NCBI GenBank assembly: GCA_047284725.1
Contig: JBJBEO010000001.1
Coordinates: 32,001-96,000 of the forward strand
DNA from: Synechococcus sp.
GTDB taxonomy: Bacteria > Cyanobacteriota > Cyanobacteriia > PCC-6307 > Cyanobiaceae
Direction of reading: 5' to 3'
DNA: 64,000 nt
The notes below the pieces were generated by a model. That model was not told where the DNA came from. It searched no databases and was given only the letters and a program-made list of their open reading frames with translations. Both the position numbers and the translations under genes were made by a program. This document shows positions 32,984 to 43,723 of the stretch, one piece after another; the first letter of the stretch is position 1; each line of letters opens with the position of its first letter.

Positions 32984-34761
32984 CAGTAGTGGTTCCCCAC
33001 TTTGCGGTGGTGCACGGCGGTCGTCGCTTCGGTGTCGGCCACGTTGCCCTGTTCCACGATGGCGTAGATGATCCAGTGATCGGGCCCCTCCATGCGTTGC
33101 TCCACGCGGCAGCCCAGATAGGCCAGGGCGTCGCTCAGGACGGGACCTCCATCGGCGACAGTTTCAAGGATGCTGATCCCCTCAAAACGATCGGCCCCTG
33201 GCGGGAAGCGTTTGAGGAAATGGCGCAGCAGCGGTTGGTGATTGTCCTCCCGCAGCACATTCAGCACAAACCGATCCCCCACCTGCATCAGGGCTTCAAT
33301 CGCACGATCTTTGGCCACGGCCACGGTGAGCCCTGGCGGATGGAAGCTGGCCTGGCTCACCCAGCTGGCCACCATGGCGCTGCGTCGAAGGGTTTCGCCT
33401 TCCCCCTGACTCGCCGTCACGACGTAAAGACCTCCGCTGAGACGGCCCAGGGCTTTGTCGAGGTCGCCATCCAAGCTTTTCATGGCCGCGATCGTTTTCT
33501 CGCGCGTCAGCAGCTGGCCGAGGTCAGTTCCCGACTCCTCGCAGCGCTGGTAGTCGGCACCCGACGGCAACTGTCGGATGCGTAGAGGGGCAAAGGCCTC
33601 CTTCTGGCCCTGGCTGCGCAGCTGGCCAGCAACCGAATCGATCGGCTCATCGTTGCCACCGAAGGCGTCGTAGACCCCCACCCACTGTTTGCTGTGCAGG
33701 GCGGCCAGCAGAGTGCCGATGGAACTTTGCAGCTCGCTGTCAGGCGAGGCTGGCCACGTGGGCACCACCACAGCCTTGGCTTCACCGATCAACGCCGTGA
33801 GTTCCTGGGGGTCAGTGGCCCTCAGATCCACCAGCTGCACCTGGGCCTCGGCCTTGCCGATGCCGTGGGCGATGGCCTGGCTGATGCGATCGGCGAAACC
33901 GTACTGACTGAGATAACAGACGGCGGCATAGCTCTCACCCTTACTCCGCTGGCCGCTCCAGTCGCGGTAGTCGCTGATCCAGTGCTGTAGGTGTTCACGC
34001 AGCAGAGGGCCATGGCCGACGGCGATGGTGTTGATCGTCGGCAGGCCATCCATGCGTTTGAGAGCCTGCAGAACGCTGCGGGCGTTCGGTCCCATCAAAC
34101 AGTCGTAATAGAACCGGAAGTCGGGAGCGATCGCGCCGGGATCGCTGTCGAACACGGCATCGGAGCAGTAATGCAGGCCGAAGGCATCGCAGGTGTAGAG
34201 GATGCCGCTGCCATGGTCGAAGGAGAAGATCGTGTCGGGCCAGTGCAGGTTGGGGGCACTGAGGAACTCGAACTGGTGATGGACGCCGCTTTCAGGGTTG
34301 GTGCCCAGATCGAGTTCCTCACCGCTCTTGACTGCCCGGGAGTTGAACGGCCGGTGCACCTGGTTTTCCAGGAACTGGATCGCCACCTTGGAGGCCACGA
34401 TTTCGATCTCGGGGTTCAGGTCCAGCAGGTCACCGATCAGGCCGGAATGATCCGGTTCGGTGTGGCTGACGATCAGCACATCAATCGCTTTGGGATCAAT
34501 CTGCGCCTTGAGCAGGGGGATCCAGGTGTCGCGGAATTTGGCGTGACTGGTGTCAATCAGCGCCGTGCGCTCACCTCGCACCAGGAAGCTGTTGTAGGTG
34601 GTGCCGTTGCGCAGGCCGAACTCGATGTCAAAGCGGCTGCGATCCCAATCGAGCGAGCGGATGGTGACGGTGTCATCGGCGATGACCTCGCATTGCAGCG
34701 ACAGGCGAGGGGCTGCAGTGGAGGGATCTGTGCTGTTCAGGCTTGCCGTGACCATGACCAA
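32983..34761 (-). CDS. flv3: Class C flavodiiron protein, Flv3 type (canonical di-iron site)
   Basis: GTTYNSF, SHTEPDHSG, APNLHWPD, CDAFG.H, VGHGP, flavin-reductase C-terminus. Confidence 0.92.
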   Translation of the reverse strand: MVMVTASLNSTDPSTAAPRLSLQCEVIADDTVTIRSLDWDRSRFDIEFGLRNGTTYNSFLVRGERTALIDTSHAKFRDTWIPLLKAQIDPKAIDVLIVSHTEPDHSGLIGDLLDLNPEIEIVASKVAIQFLENQVHRPFNSRAVKSGEELDLGTNPESGVHHQFEFLSAPNLHWPDTIFSFDHGSGILYTCDAFGLHYCSDAVFDSDPGAIAPDFRFYYDCLMGPNARSVLQALKRMDGLPTINTIAVGHGPLLREHLQHWISDYRDWSGQRSKGESYAAVCYLSQYGFADRISQAIAHGIGKAEAQVQLVDLRATDPQELTALIGEAKAVVVPTWPASPDSELQSSIGTLLAALHSKQWVGVYDAFGGNDEPIDSVAGQLRSQGQKEAFAPLRIRQLPSGADYQRCEESGTDLGQLLTREKTIAAMKSLDGDLDKALGRLSGGLYVVTASQGEGETLRRSAMVASWVSQASFHPPGLTVAVAKDRAIEALMQVGDRFVLNVLREDNHQPLLRHFLKRFPPGADRFEGISILETVADGGPVLSDALAYLGCRVEQRMEGPDHWIIYAIVEQGNVADTEATTAVHHRKVGNHY

Positions 34762-34792
34762 AACGCGCTCAAATTGAACTCTACGGAGATCG

Positions 34793-36180
<1,388 letters not shown>

Positions 36181-36184
<4 letters not shown>

Positions 36185-36756
36185 AACGTCGGTCCTCCGT
36201 TGTCTTCCCCGCGGCTGGGTGACGGCGCAGCGGCGCCGTTCTGAAGGGTGGTGCCCAGACGCAACGCCTCGGCGATCCCCTGCAGACCCAGCAGCAGAAA
36301 CCCAAGCGGTATCAGGGACTTCACCCAGGTACGCGGCAGGCCTCCCGGATCGGGCGAGAGCTCCCCGATGCTCCAGGAGCGCAGGGCGGGGTCGATGGAA
36401 ATGGCCATGACTCCGAAGGCGAAGGGCAGCAGCAGCAACAGGAGGCTGTTCAGCTCCACACGTCGCCGACGCCTGGGCGACCAGCGGTTCTGCAGCACAT
36501 CCACCCGCACGTGCCCATCCTTCCGGAGGGTCCAGCCCATCCCGAGCAGAAAGATCAGATCGAAGAGATACCACTGCGCTTCGATCAGGCCATTGGAGCT
36601 CAGGTTGAGACCAAGGCCTGAGCCCAGATAGCGACCGATCACGTTCCAGATTCCGACCGCCAGCATCACCAACACGGCCCAGCGGGCCAGCCAGGCAGCT
36701 CCGGCGTTGACGCGATCGATGAGCTGGACGAGGGCCGCCACCAACGATCGCGTCAT
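36181..36756 (-). CDS. TRAP transporter small permease (DctQ)
   Basis: Four TMs, EAQWYLF, GHVRVDV, SPDPGGLP. Confidence 0.92.
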
Positions 36757-37877
36757 CCTGCGACCCTCGCGGAGCGTGCGCTGAACTGGGCCAGGGGCAG
36801 TTCGTTGATGCGGTTCCAGTTCTGCGTCGCGTCGCGGAACAGTCGCCAGCGTTCGAGCAGATCCCGGAAGCTCGGACTCTGCGCGGCCAGATCGGCAAAC
36901 ATGGCGCTGGAGGCCTCAGCCGCTGCTTCAAGAATGTCGTTGCTGTAGGCCTCGAGCCTGATGCCCTGTCGCTGCAGCTTGAGCAGGGCCTGGCTGTTGC
37001 GCTGTTCGTATTTGCTGTGCATGCTCAGATTCGATTCGTAGCAGGCGGTGCTGAACATCTCCTGGTACTCCCTCGGCAGCTGCGACCAGGCTTTGCGGTT
37101 GACCAGGGCCATCAGCGTCGGCCCCGGTTCCCACCAGCCTGGGTAGTAGTAGTAAGGCGCTGCCTTCGGCAGGCCCAGCTTGTCGTCGTCGTAGGGCCCT
37201 GTGAACTCAGCCGCATCGATGGCTCCCCGTTCGAGCGCCAGGTAAATCTCTCCACCGGGCAGAACCTGCACATTGACGCCGAGGCTGGCCATCACCTTTC
37301 CCCCCAGCCCGGGGATGCGCATTTTCAGCCCCTTGAGGGACGCCAGGCCTTCGATCGGACGTTTGAACCATCCCCCCATCTGGGCACCGGTGTTGCCCGC
37401 CGGAAAGCTTGTCGTTCCGAAATCAGCGAACAGCTCGTCCATCGCTTCCTGACCACCTCCGTAGTAGAGCCAGGCGTTCTGCTGAAGGGCGGTGAGGCCG
37501 AAGGGCACTGCCGTTCCGAACGCAAAGGCCGGGTTCTTGCCCACGTAGTAGTAACTGGCGGTGTGGCCACACTCCACCGAGCCCGCCTGCACTGCATCCA
37601 GCACCTCCAGCCCCGGCACGATTTCGCCTGCGGCAAAGGGCTCGATCCTGAAGGCACCACCCGTCATGGCGGCGACCCGCTCGCAGATGGTGGTGGCACC
37701 GCCGTAGATCGTGTCGAGGGACACCGGCCAGCTGGTCGCCATGCGCCAGCGCACCTGAGGGAGCCCACCGCTGCGACTGGTTTCGGCACGACGGATCGTG
37801 CAGGCGCTGAGGGCTCCGGCTCCAGCAGCAGCGGCGATCGCTTGTCCACTGCTCCGGAGCAGCTGCCGACGTTGCAT
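36753..37877 (-). CDS. TRAP substrate-binding protein (DctP, TakP-like), Tat-exported lipoprotein
   Basis: MQRRQLLR...ALSAC signal; WRMATSWP, GNTGAQMGGWF, GLKMRIPGLGG, YYPGWWE. Confidence 0.92.
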   Translation of the reverse strand: MQRRQLLRSSGQAIAAAAGAGALSACTIRRAETSRSGGLPQVRWRMATSWPVSLDTIYGGATTICERVAAMTGGAFRIEPFAAGEIVPGLEVLDAVQAGSVECGHTASYYYVGKNPAFAFGTAVPFGLTALQQNAWLYYGGGQEAMDELFADFGTTSFPAGNTGAQMGGWFKRPIEGLASLKGLKMRIPGLGGKVMASLGVNVQVLPGGEIYLALERGAIDAAEFTGPYDDDKLGLPKAAPYYYYPGWWEPGPTLMALVNRKAWSQLPREYQEMFSTACYESNLSMHSKYEQRNSQALLKLQRQGIRLEAYSNDILEAAAEASSAMFADLAAQSPSFRDLLERWRLFRDATQNWNRINELPLAQFSARSARVAG

Positions 37878-37964
37878 GGCGTGCTCCTGCATAGGTCGCC
37901 GGGAAGGCGACGTGGCTTGCTGGCACCTTATCGATGCTGCACAGCAGCACTTTGTCTTTGTGGC

Positions 37965-37993
37965 AAAAAAAAGCCCTCCGCTGTGCGAAGGGC
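37965..37993 (-). terminator. Rho-independent terminator of hsp20
   Basis: Minus strand GCCCTTCG-CACAG-CGGAGGGC followed by T8. Confidence 0.85.
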
Positions 37994-38046
37994 CCAACCG
38001 TTGTTGTTGCTGGGGCTGGTGTGAGCGTGGCGTCGTTGCACCACGA

Positions 38047-38478
38047 TCAGCTTTCAACCTGCACAGACACGGTGGTGCGGTTGTCGGCTTTGACGGCATG
38101 GATTGCAAGGATGCCGTCGCGGTAGGTGGCCCGCAGTTGATCCCGATCCAGCGGTTGGGCGAAGCGGAAGCTGCGGCTCCAGGTGCCGGGACGGAACTCA
38201 CTGAGGAGCTGTTGGGTGGGGTTGGTAGCTGCTGCTGGGTCGGCGGCGCTGGTGTCGGCAGCGTCCGGCTTGGCAGGGCGTCGTTCAGCACTGATCACCA
38301 GGGTGCGATCGGTGGCCTTCACGTCAATCGAGTCGCGATCGACGCCCGGCAGTTCGAGACGAACGGTGTAACCGTTGGCATCCTCAAGAACTTCCGCAGC
38401 AGGCACCCGTTCAGCCTGGGCCACCTGTTGCTCGAGGCGGTCGAAAAGATCGAAGGGAGATTGGCGAAGCGTGATCAT
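38047..38478 (-). CDS. Small heat-shock protein (Hsp20/alpha-crystallin)
   Basis: LELPGV, SEFRPGTWSRSFRF, ATYRDGIL; start ATG 38478 with GGAG upstream. Confidence 0.92.
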   Translation of the reverse strand: MITLRQSPFDLFDRLEQQVAQAERVPAAEVLEDANGYTVRLELPGVDRDSIDVKATDRTLVISAERRPAKPDAADTSAADPAAATNPTQQLLSEFRPGTWSRSFRFAQPLDRDQLRATYRDGILAIHAVKADNRTTVSVQVES

Positions 38479-38647
38479 GGATGGTTCTCCAAAGGGTGGA
38501 AACAAACGGGGTGTTCGTGTCACCCGCAATGCCAATCTGTGCTGGCTGGATTGATCTGAGGAGGGGGACAACCGTCCTTTTCGGTTCGGTCTTAACGGCT
38601 GAGTTCGGTTCCTACGAGTGCATTGGTGTGTCAACCGAAAAGACATC

Positions 38648-39151
38648 TCACTCAGAGTTGGCTGTATCAATCCACCACCAGCTGGAGAAGCTGGCGGCTT
38701 GGCCACAACGGCACCCTTGTTCATCCCAAAGGCTCCAGATGCGGGCATTGTTAATCACAAACTGGCGACCGTCGCGATCAATGCGAATGCCGCTGTAGCC
38801 GCGATAAGCATCGCGATGCCGTGCGCGATCGAGGGCGTTGGCCCGCTCCTTGCGCTCCTGCTCCGGTGCGGTGAGTCGGGAGGGCATGCCCACCATCTGT
38901 GTCCAAGGGCGGCACCAGAGCTGGAGGGCCGCGGCGTTGGCATACACCAGTCGGGGATCGGGGTGGCCGTGATGGGCCAGGACGGGGCTGGAGAAGGCAA
39001 ACAGCTCCTGCGCGGTGCTCGCTGCGGCCAGCCAACCTGGTTGCTCACCCGCCAGGAGGGAACGCCCGAAGGCTCTTCGGTGGGATGTCTGAATGATCCC
39101 TGCCCACCGGCGTGCCTCAGGAGTGAGCCAGGGAGCGTTGGCTTCAGCCAC
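38648..39151 (-). CDS. MEKHLA domain protein (PAS-like)
   Basis: DPRLVYANAAALQLW, GMPSRLTA, YSGIRI..DGRQF.I.NA.IW. Confidence 0.88.
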   Translation of the reverse strand: MAEANAPWLTPEARRWAGIIQTSHRRAFGRSLLAGEQPGWLAAASTAQELFAFSSPVLAHHGHPDPRLVYANAAALQLWCRPWTQMVGMPSRLTAPEQERKERANALDRARHRDAYRGYSGIRIDRDGRQFVINNARIWSLWDEQGCRCGQAASFSSWWWIDTANSE

Positions 39152-40061
39152 CGCCAGCGGTCATGGCGGCCAACATGGCCTGCTGACCCAGGGTCTGGCC
39201 CTGGTCGCGGAGATGCTGGAGGAATTGCTGCTTGGCGTCGGGGAAGCGCGGCTCTTCAGCCAGGGGCAGCTCACCGGCGGCATCCAGGCCTGTGTCTCCT
39301 TCCATCGCTGGGGTGATCACCACCAGGTCGCTATCGAGGCTGGCGTCGTAACGCCACCACAGGCTGGGGTCGAGCACTGCGGGGTGGGGCGGTGTGGGTT
39401 GGTCCTGTTCGTCTGGTGCGTGGTTGCTCGCCTTGGGTGATGCGGCGGGTTCTTTCTCCTCGGCCGCGGCCTCGGCGCGGGCCTCAAGGGACCTGCGGCG
39501 GTAGTCCGCGAGGTCATCCAGCAGCTTGGCGCGGGTGCGTCCCCGCAGCTGAAACAGCACGAACGGGTCTTCACTGAAGCGTTCCCCCATCAGGAAGTAC
39601 ACCGCGCTGATGTGTTTGCAGGGGTTGGCTTTGTCGGGGCAGCTGCACTCGCTGCGCACCTCCTGCAGCTTGAAGGGGAAGAGCCGGCGCCCGCTGGCGG
39701 CAAAGGCCCGTTCGATGTCTGCAGGCATGATCCCAGCCAGCAACTGGGCTGACCAGCGGGCTTTCTGGGTGAGGGCCTCGAGCACATAGCGCCAGTCCTC
39801 GTCGTTGAGCACGTCGAGCCAGAGCTTCACCTTGTAGGGGTCCTCGCCGGTGCCCTGCACCCGGGCATGGACCCGCCGACCTTCGAAACGAATCGAGGTG
39901 ACGTTGCCTTCGCGGGCGTAGGTCCAGGCCCGCTCCAGCCGTTTTTTGAAGCGGTAGGAGTTGATCAGCTCCATCCACTGCTCCACCCACCAGGGCTGCT
40001 GGCCAAGGCCCTCATCGCCGAGGGAGGTGTTGATGCCGTGGGTGGAAGGGGTGATGGTCAT
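39144..40061 (-). CDS. SWIM zinc-finger protein
   Basis: CSCPDKANPCKH; RLERAWTYAREG; DPFVLFQLRG. Confidence 0.92.
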   Translation of the reverse strand: MTITPSTHGINTSLGDEGLGQQPWWVEQWMELINSYRFKKRLERAWTYAREGNVTSIRFEGRRVHARVQGTGEDPYKVKLWLDVLNDEDWRYVLEALTQKARWSAQLLAGIMPADIERAFAASGRRLFPFKLQEVRSECSCPDKANPCKHISAVYFLMGERFSEDPFVLFQLRGRTRAKLLDDLADYRRRSLEARAEAAAEEKEPAASPKASNHAPDEQDQPTPPHPAVLDPSLWWRYDASLDSDLVVITPAMEGDTGLDAAGELPLAEEPRFPDAKQQFLQHLRDQGQTLGQQAMLAAMTAGGG

Positions 40062-40065
40062 GGAA

Positions 40066-43000
40066 TCAAGTGGCTTCGAGGCTCACCAGTTCTTTCAGCT
40101 GACCCATATCAAGCCCGCCGAGCCAATCTTCGCCTGAGCCAATGATGTCTTCTGCGAGACGTGATTTCTCGCGGATCATGCGGTCGATCTTCTCTTCCAC
40201 GGAGCCGCTGGTGATGAATTTATGCACCATCACCCGGTTGGTCTGTCCGATTCGGTAGGCGCGGTCGGTGGCCTGGTTCTCCACAGCTGGATTCCACCAG
40301 CGGTCGATGTGGAACACATGGCTGGCGCGGGTGAGGTTGAGGCCAACGCCGCCTGCCTTGAGGGAGAGCAGGAACAGCTGCGGGCCGCGGGGGTCTTCCT
40401 GAAACCGGTCCACCATGGCCTGACGCTCGCTTTTGCTGGTGCTGCCGCTGAGGAAGGGCACTTCGCTGCGCCACCGCCGTTGCAGGTAGCCCTGCAGCAG
40501 ATGTCCCCATTCCGCGAACTGGGTGAACAGCAGGGCTCGATCGCCTGCTTCGATCACTTCGTCGAGGATTTCCTCCAGCCGTTGCAACTTGGCGGAACGC
40601 TGGAGAAAGTCATCGTCGGCGGCCTCTTCCTTCAGGGCAAGGGCGGGATGGTTGCAGATCTGCTTCAGCTTGGTGAGCAGGCCCAGCACCTGGCCATGGC
40701 GTTTGCCGCGCGGTGCCCTGGCGATGGAATCGAGGGTGTCTTCCACGGTTTTGGCGTAGAGCGATTTCTGCTCTTTGCTCAAACCCACCCATTCGCTTAG
40801 TTCCACCTTTTCTGGCAGGTCGGAAATGATCGCCTTGTCGGTTTTCAGGCGTCGCATGATGAAGGGGCCAACACGCGATTTCAGATCCCGCAGCGACGAC
40901 ATGTCGCCATAGCGCTCGATCGGCATGCGGTAGCGCTGGCGGAAGAAGTCTTCTTCCCCCAGGACGCGCGGGTTGAGGAAGTCCATCAGGGCCCAGAGTT
41001 CACTGACGCGGTTCTCCACCGGTGTGCCGGTGAGGGCGATACGGAAGCGGCTGTTGCGGCCCGGTCGCGCCAGGTCGCGGGCGGCCATGCTCTGTTTGGC
41101 ACTGGGGTTTTTGATCGCCTGGGCCTCATCGATCACCATGCCCTGCCAGTCCAGGCTTTCCAGTAGTTCGCTGTCCCGTTGCAGCAGGCCATAGCTGGTG
41201 AGCACCAGATCCACCCCTTTGAGGGCTTTTTTTAGGGTTGCCGGGGTGGAGGGGCGGCGGGGGCCATAGTGCTCTTTCACCTCCAGTTCAGGGGTGAAGG
41301 CAGCTGCTTCGCGCTTCCAGTTGGTGAGCACGGAGGTGGGCGCCACCAGCAGCACCGGCCGTTTCAGTTCCTGCTCAGCTTTCAGGTGCTGCAGGAAGGC
41401 CAGCAGCTGAATGGTTTTGCCCAGGCCCATGTCGTCGGCCAGACAGGCGCCCTGATCGAAGCGGTGCAGGAAGGACAGCCAGCCCAAGCCCCGTTCCTGA
41501 TAGGGCCGCAGTTGTCCGCAGAACCCTTCCGGTGCTGGCAGGGGATCCGGTGCTTTCTGCTGGTGGTATTGCTCCAGCACCGCCTGCAGGCGCGGTCCTG
41601 CCTCGAGGCGATGCACCGGCATGCGCATCAGGGTGTCGCCTTCTGACGCTGTGAGCCTCAAGGCGTCATCGAGGCTGAGGTCCGGTTTGGCGGCAAAGAA
41701 TTTTTCGGCGTTCTTGAGGTCGTTGGGTCGCAGCTCGATCCAGGCCCCTTTGTGGCGCACCAGGGGGCTGCGTTTGCCCGCCAGCCGCTCGAGTTCCCGC
41801 AGCGTCAGGGTGACGCCGCCGATCATCAGCTCCCACTCCCAGTCGAGGGGTTCGCCCAGGGTGAATCCCCGGGATTTCTCCGGCAGTTCCGCTTTGATCG
41901 ACAGGCCGAGGCGGCTGGCCAGGCCACCGGAGAGGCTGGGGGGAAGTTCCACGCCCACGCCCACATCACGGAGCTGGCGGGCGGCGGTGCGCACCAGCAC
42001 AAAGGCCTCCGCAGGGGTGAGCTGCATCGCTTCGGGTGTGGAGCTGTCAAGGCCTCGCGCGATCGGTTCGAACACCGTGAGGGCCCGGCCCATGCCCTCC
42101 AGCAGCAATTCGCCGGGATGCTCCACGGCGATTTCTCCAAGTTGCAGGCCTTCAATGCCTGCGGCCCAGGCCACGCCTGCCGGCACCTTCAAGGTGGGGT
42201 CTGCTTCAGCCTGCAAAGAGAAACGCAGCGTCCAGAGGTCGTCCCCCTCGGCAGGGGTCTCGAGCTCGAGGCAGGCGCGGGCGGCGGCCACATTGCCGGC
42301 GACACCCTCCCGCCAGTGGTGGCTCGCGGTGGCGAGGCGTTCCGCGTCCTCGTCGCCAAGATGAATCACACCGGTGTCGGAGCCGAGGGCCTCCTGCCAG
42401 GCACTGAGCAGGGGATCCAGTCCTTCGGTGTCGGGGGTGAAGCCGGAGCGCAGCTGGGCGTCCACCAGGTCTTCCAACAGCGTGGCGACCCTCAGGCGTC
42501 CGCTGCGGGGGCGACAGCTGGCCACAGGGTTGGCGGCGCGCATCGCTTCCGGTCGCAGCCGTGTGGTGCGGTTGCTGCGCCGGCCGGTGGGTTCACGCCA
42601 GGGCAGGGCGCAGGTGGCCACCAGTGGCAGCCGCGCAGCGAGGTCCTCGAGTCGCCGTCGGTCGTCTTCACGGTTCAGCAGGGGCACCCAGCGGGCTCGG
42701 TGGGGGTAGCCCTCTCCTCGGCTCAGTTCCACCTGGGGAATCCAGCGCCCCCGGGCGATCAGGCTCAGGGCCCAGCGCTGCATGTGACTCCACCAGCGCA
42801 GTTCATCAGCCAGGTCGGGGTGGCGGCCGGAGAGGGGGAGTTTCGACAGCCAGGCTGTGGCTGCGCCGGGTTCGACGGCGAGGCCTTGCACCTGCCACGG
42901 CCACCACTGGATCTGTTTGGGGATCGGTTCGCCCGCCTGCAGAGGCAGGCCTGTCCAGCCTTCGGTGTCCGGGGCGGGCTCGCCTCGTTTCCGTTTCGGT

Positions 43001-43248
43001 TTCACCGTGCGGCTGGGCAGCGTGAGACAGGCGGTGGCATCGATGATGCCTTGAGGCAACAGGTCGCGTTCGCTCAGCCAGGCCCGCAGGTCTTCCGGGC
43101 TGAGGGTGAAGGGATGGGTGGCTGGCGTGATGCCGGGGCCTGCCGGTTCAGCCACCCGCCAGGTGTCAGCCCACACCAGCAGCGCCGGACGTCCGGAACT
43201 GGTGGGAGTACGGATGGCGGGGAGCCAGGTGGCGTGCAGCAGGCTCAT
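40066..43248 (-). CDS. SNF2-family helicase
   Basis: LRPYQ, LADDMGLGKT, DEAQAIKN, LTGTPVEN, AGGVGLNL, QATDRAYRIGQ; start ATG 43248 (MSLLHATW). Confidence 0.95.
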   Translation of the reverse strand: MSLLHATWLPAIRTPTSSGRPALLVWADTWRVAEPAGPGITPATHPFTLSPEDLRAWLSERDLLPQGIIDATACLTLPSRTVKPKRKRGEPAPDTEGWTGLPLQAGEPIPKQIQWWPWQVQGLAVEPGAATAWLSKLPLSGRHPDLADELRWWSHMQRWALSLIARGRWIPQVELSRGEGYPHRARWVPLLNREDDRRRLEDLAARLPLVATCALPWREPTGRRSNRTTRLRPEAMRAANPVASCRPRSGRLRVATLLEDLVDAQLRSGFTPDTEGLDPLLSAWQEALGSDTGVIHLGDEDAERLATASHHWREGVAGNVAAARACLELETPAEGDDLWTLRFSLQAEADPTLKVPAGVAWAAGIEGLQLGEIAVEHPGELLLEGMGRALTVFEPIARGLDSSTPEAMQLTPAEAFVLVRTAARQLRDVGVGVELPPSLSGGLASRLGLSIKAELPEKSRGFTLGEPLDWEWELMIGGVTLTLRELERLAGKRSPLVRHKGAWIELRPNDLKNAEKFFAAKPDLSLDDALRLTASEGDTLMRMPVHRLEAGPRLQAVLEQYHQQKAPDPLPAPEGFCGQLRPYQERGLGWLSFLHRFDQGACLADDMGLGKTIQLLAFLQHLKAEQELKRPVLLVAPTSVLTNWKREAAAFTPELEVKEHYGPRRPSTPATLKKALKGVDLVLTSYGLLQRDSELLESLDWQGMVIDEAQAIKNPSAKQSMAARDLARPGRNSRFRIALTGTPVENRVSELWALMDFLNPRVLGEEDFFRQRYRMPIERYGDMSSLRDLKSRVGPFIMRRLKTDKAIISDLPEKVELSEWVGLSKEQKSLYAKTVEDTLDSIARAPRGKRHGQVLGLLTKLKQICNHPALALKEEAADDDFLQRSAKLQRLEEILDEVIEAGDRALLFTQFAEWGHLLQGYLQRRWRSEVPFLSGSTSKSERQAMVDRFQEDPRGPQLFLLSLKAGGVGLNLTRASHVFHIDRWWNPAVENQATDRAYRIGQTNRVMVHKFITSGSVEEKIDRMIREKSRLAEDIIGSGEDWLGGLDMGQLKELVSLEAT

Positions 43249-43688
43249 GGCCGCGACGCGGACAGCATGCGTTGGGTTCCGTGAAGCAGGAGTGCGCTGC
43301 CGATCAACGGCAACCACGCCAGAAGGAGTTCCTGCATTAATGATGCCAAAGCGTCTGCCCCGTTCAAGGGCGAGGGCAAGGCCATGCCCAGGCTGCGCAC
43401 TCCGCAGATGGCTCCCACGAGGCCGGCTTGGAGGTGGGAGTCCTCGGGATCGACGCGTTCGAGATGGAAGGCCAGCAGGCCATAAAACAGTCCACAACCT
43501 GCAGAGCGCACGGCCAATTCAAGGCTGAACAGCAGACCAATCAAGGCGGCGGCAATCCCTGCCGTGAGGGCCCAGCCGATGGACCGCCAGCGCAGGTCGG
43601 CACGGGTCGGAGCGGTCTCGACCGTGGGGGTGCTGATGGTGTCGGGAAGCGGGGCGGCCAACGTCGGCGGCGGCTCAGGGGTGATCAT
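43245..43688 (-). CDS. Hypothetical membrane protein
   Basis: 3-4 hydrophobic segments; stop overlaps the SNF2 start (ATGA); start taken at ATG 43688. Confidence 0.65.
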   Translation of the reverse strand: MITPEPPPTLAAPLPDTISTPTVETAPTRADLRWRSIGWALTAGIAAALIGLLFSLELAVRSAGCGLFYGLLAFHLERVDPEDSHLQAGLVGAICGVRSLGMALPSPLNGADALASLMQELLLAWLPLIGSALLLHGTQRMLSASRP

Positions 43689-43723
43689 GGCTGCTGGACC
43701 CGACTTCGCCGCCCGACTTCGCC

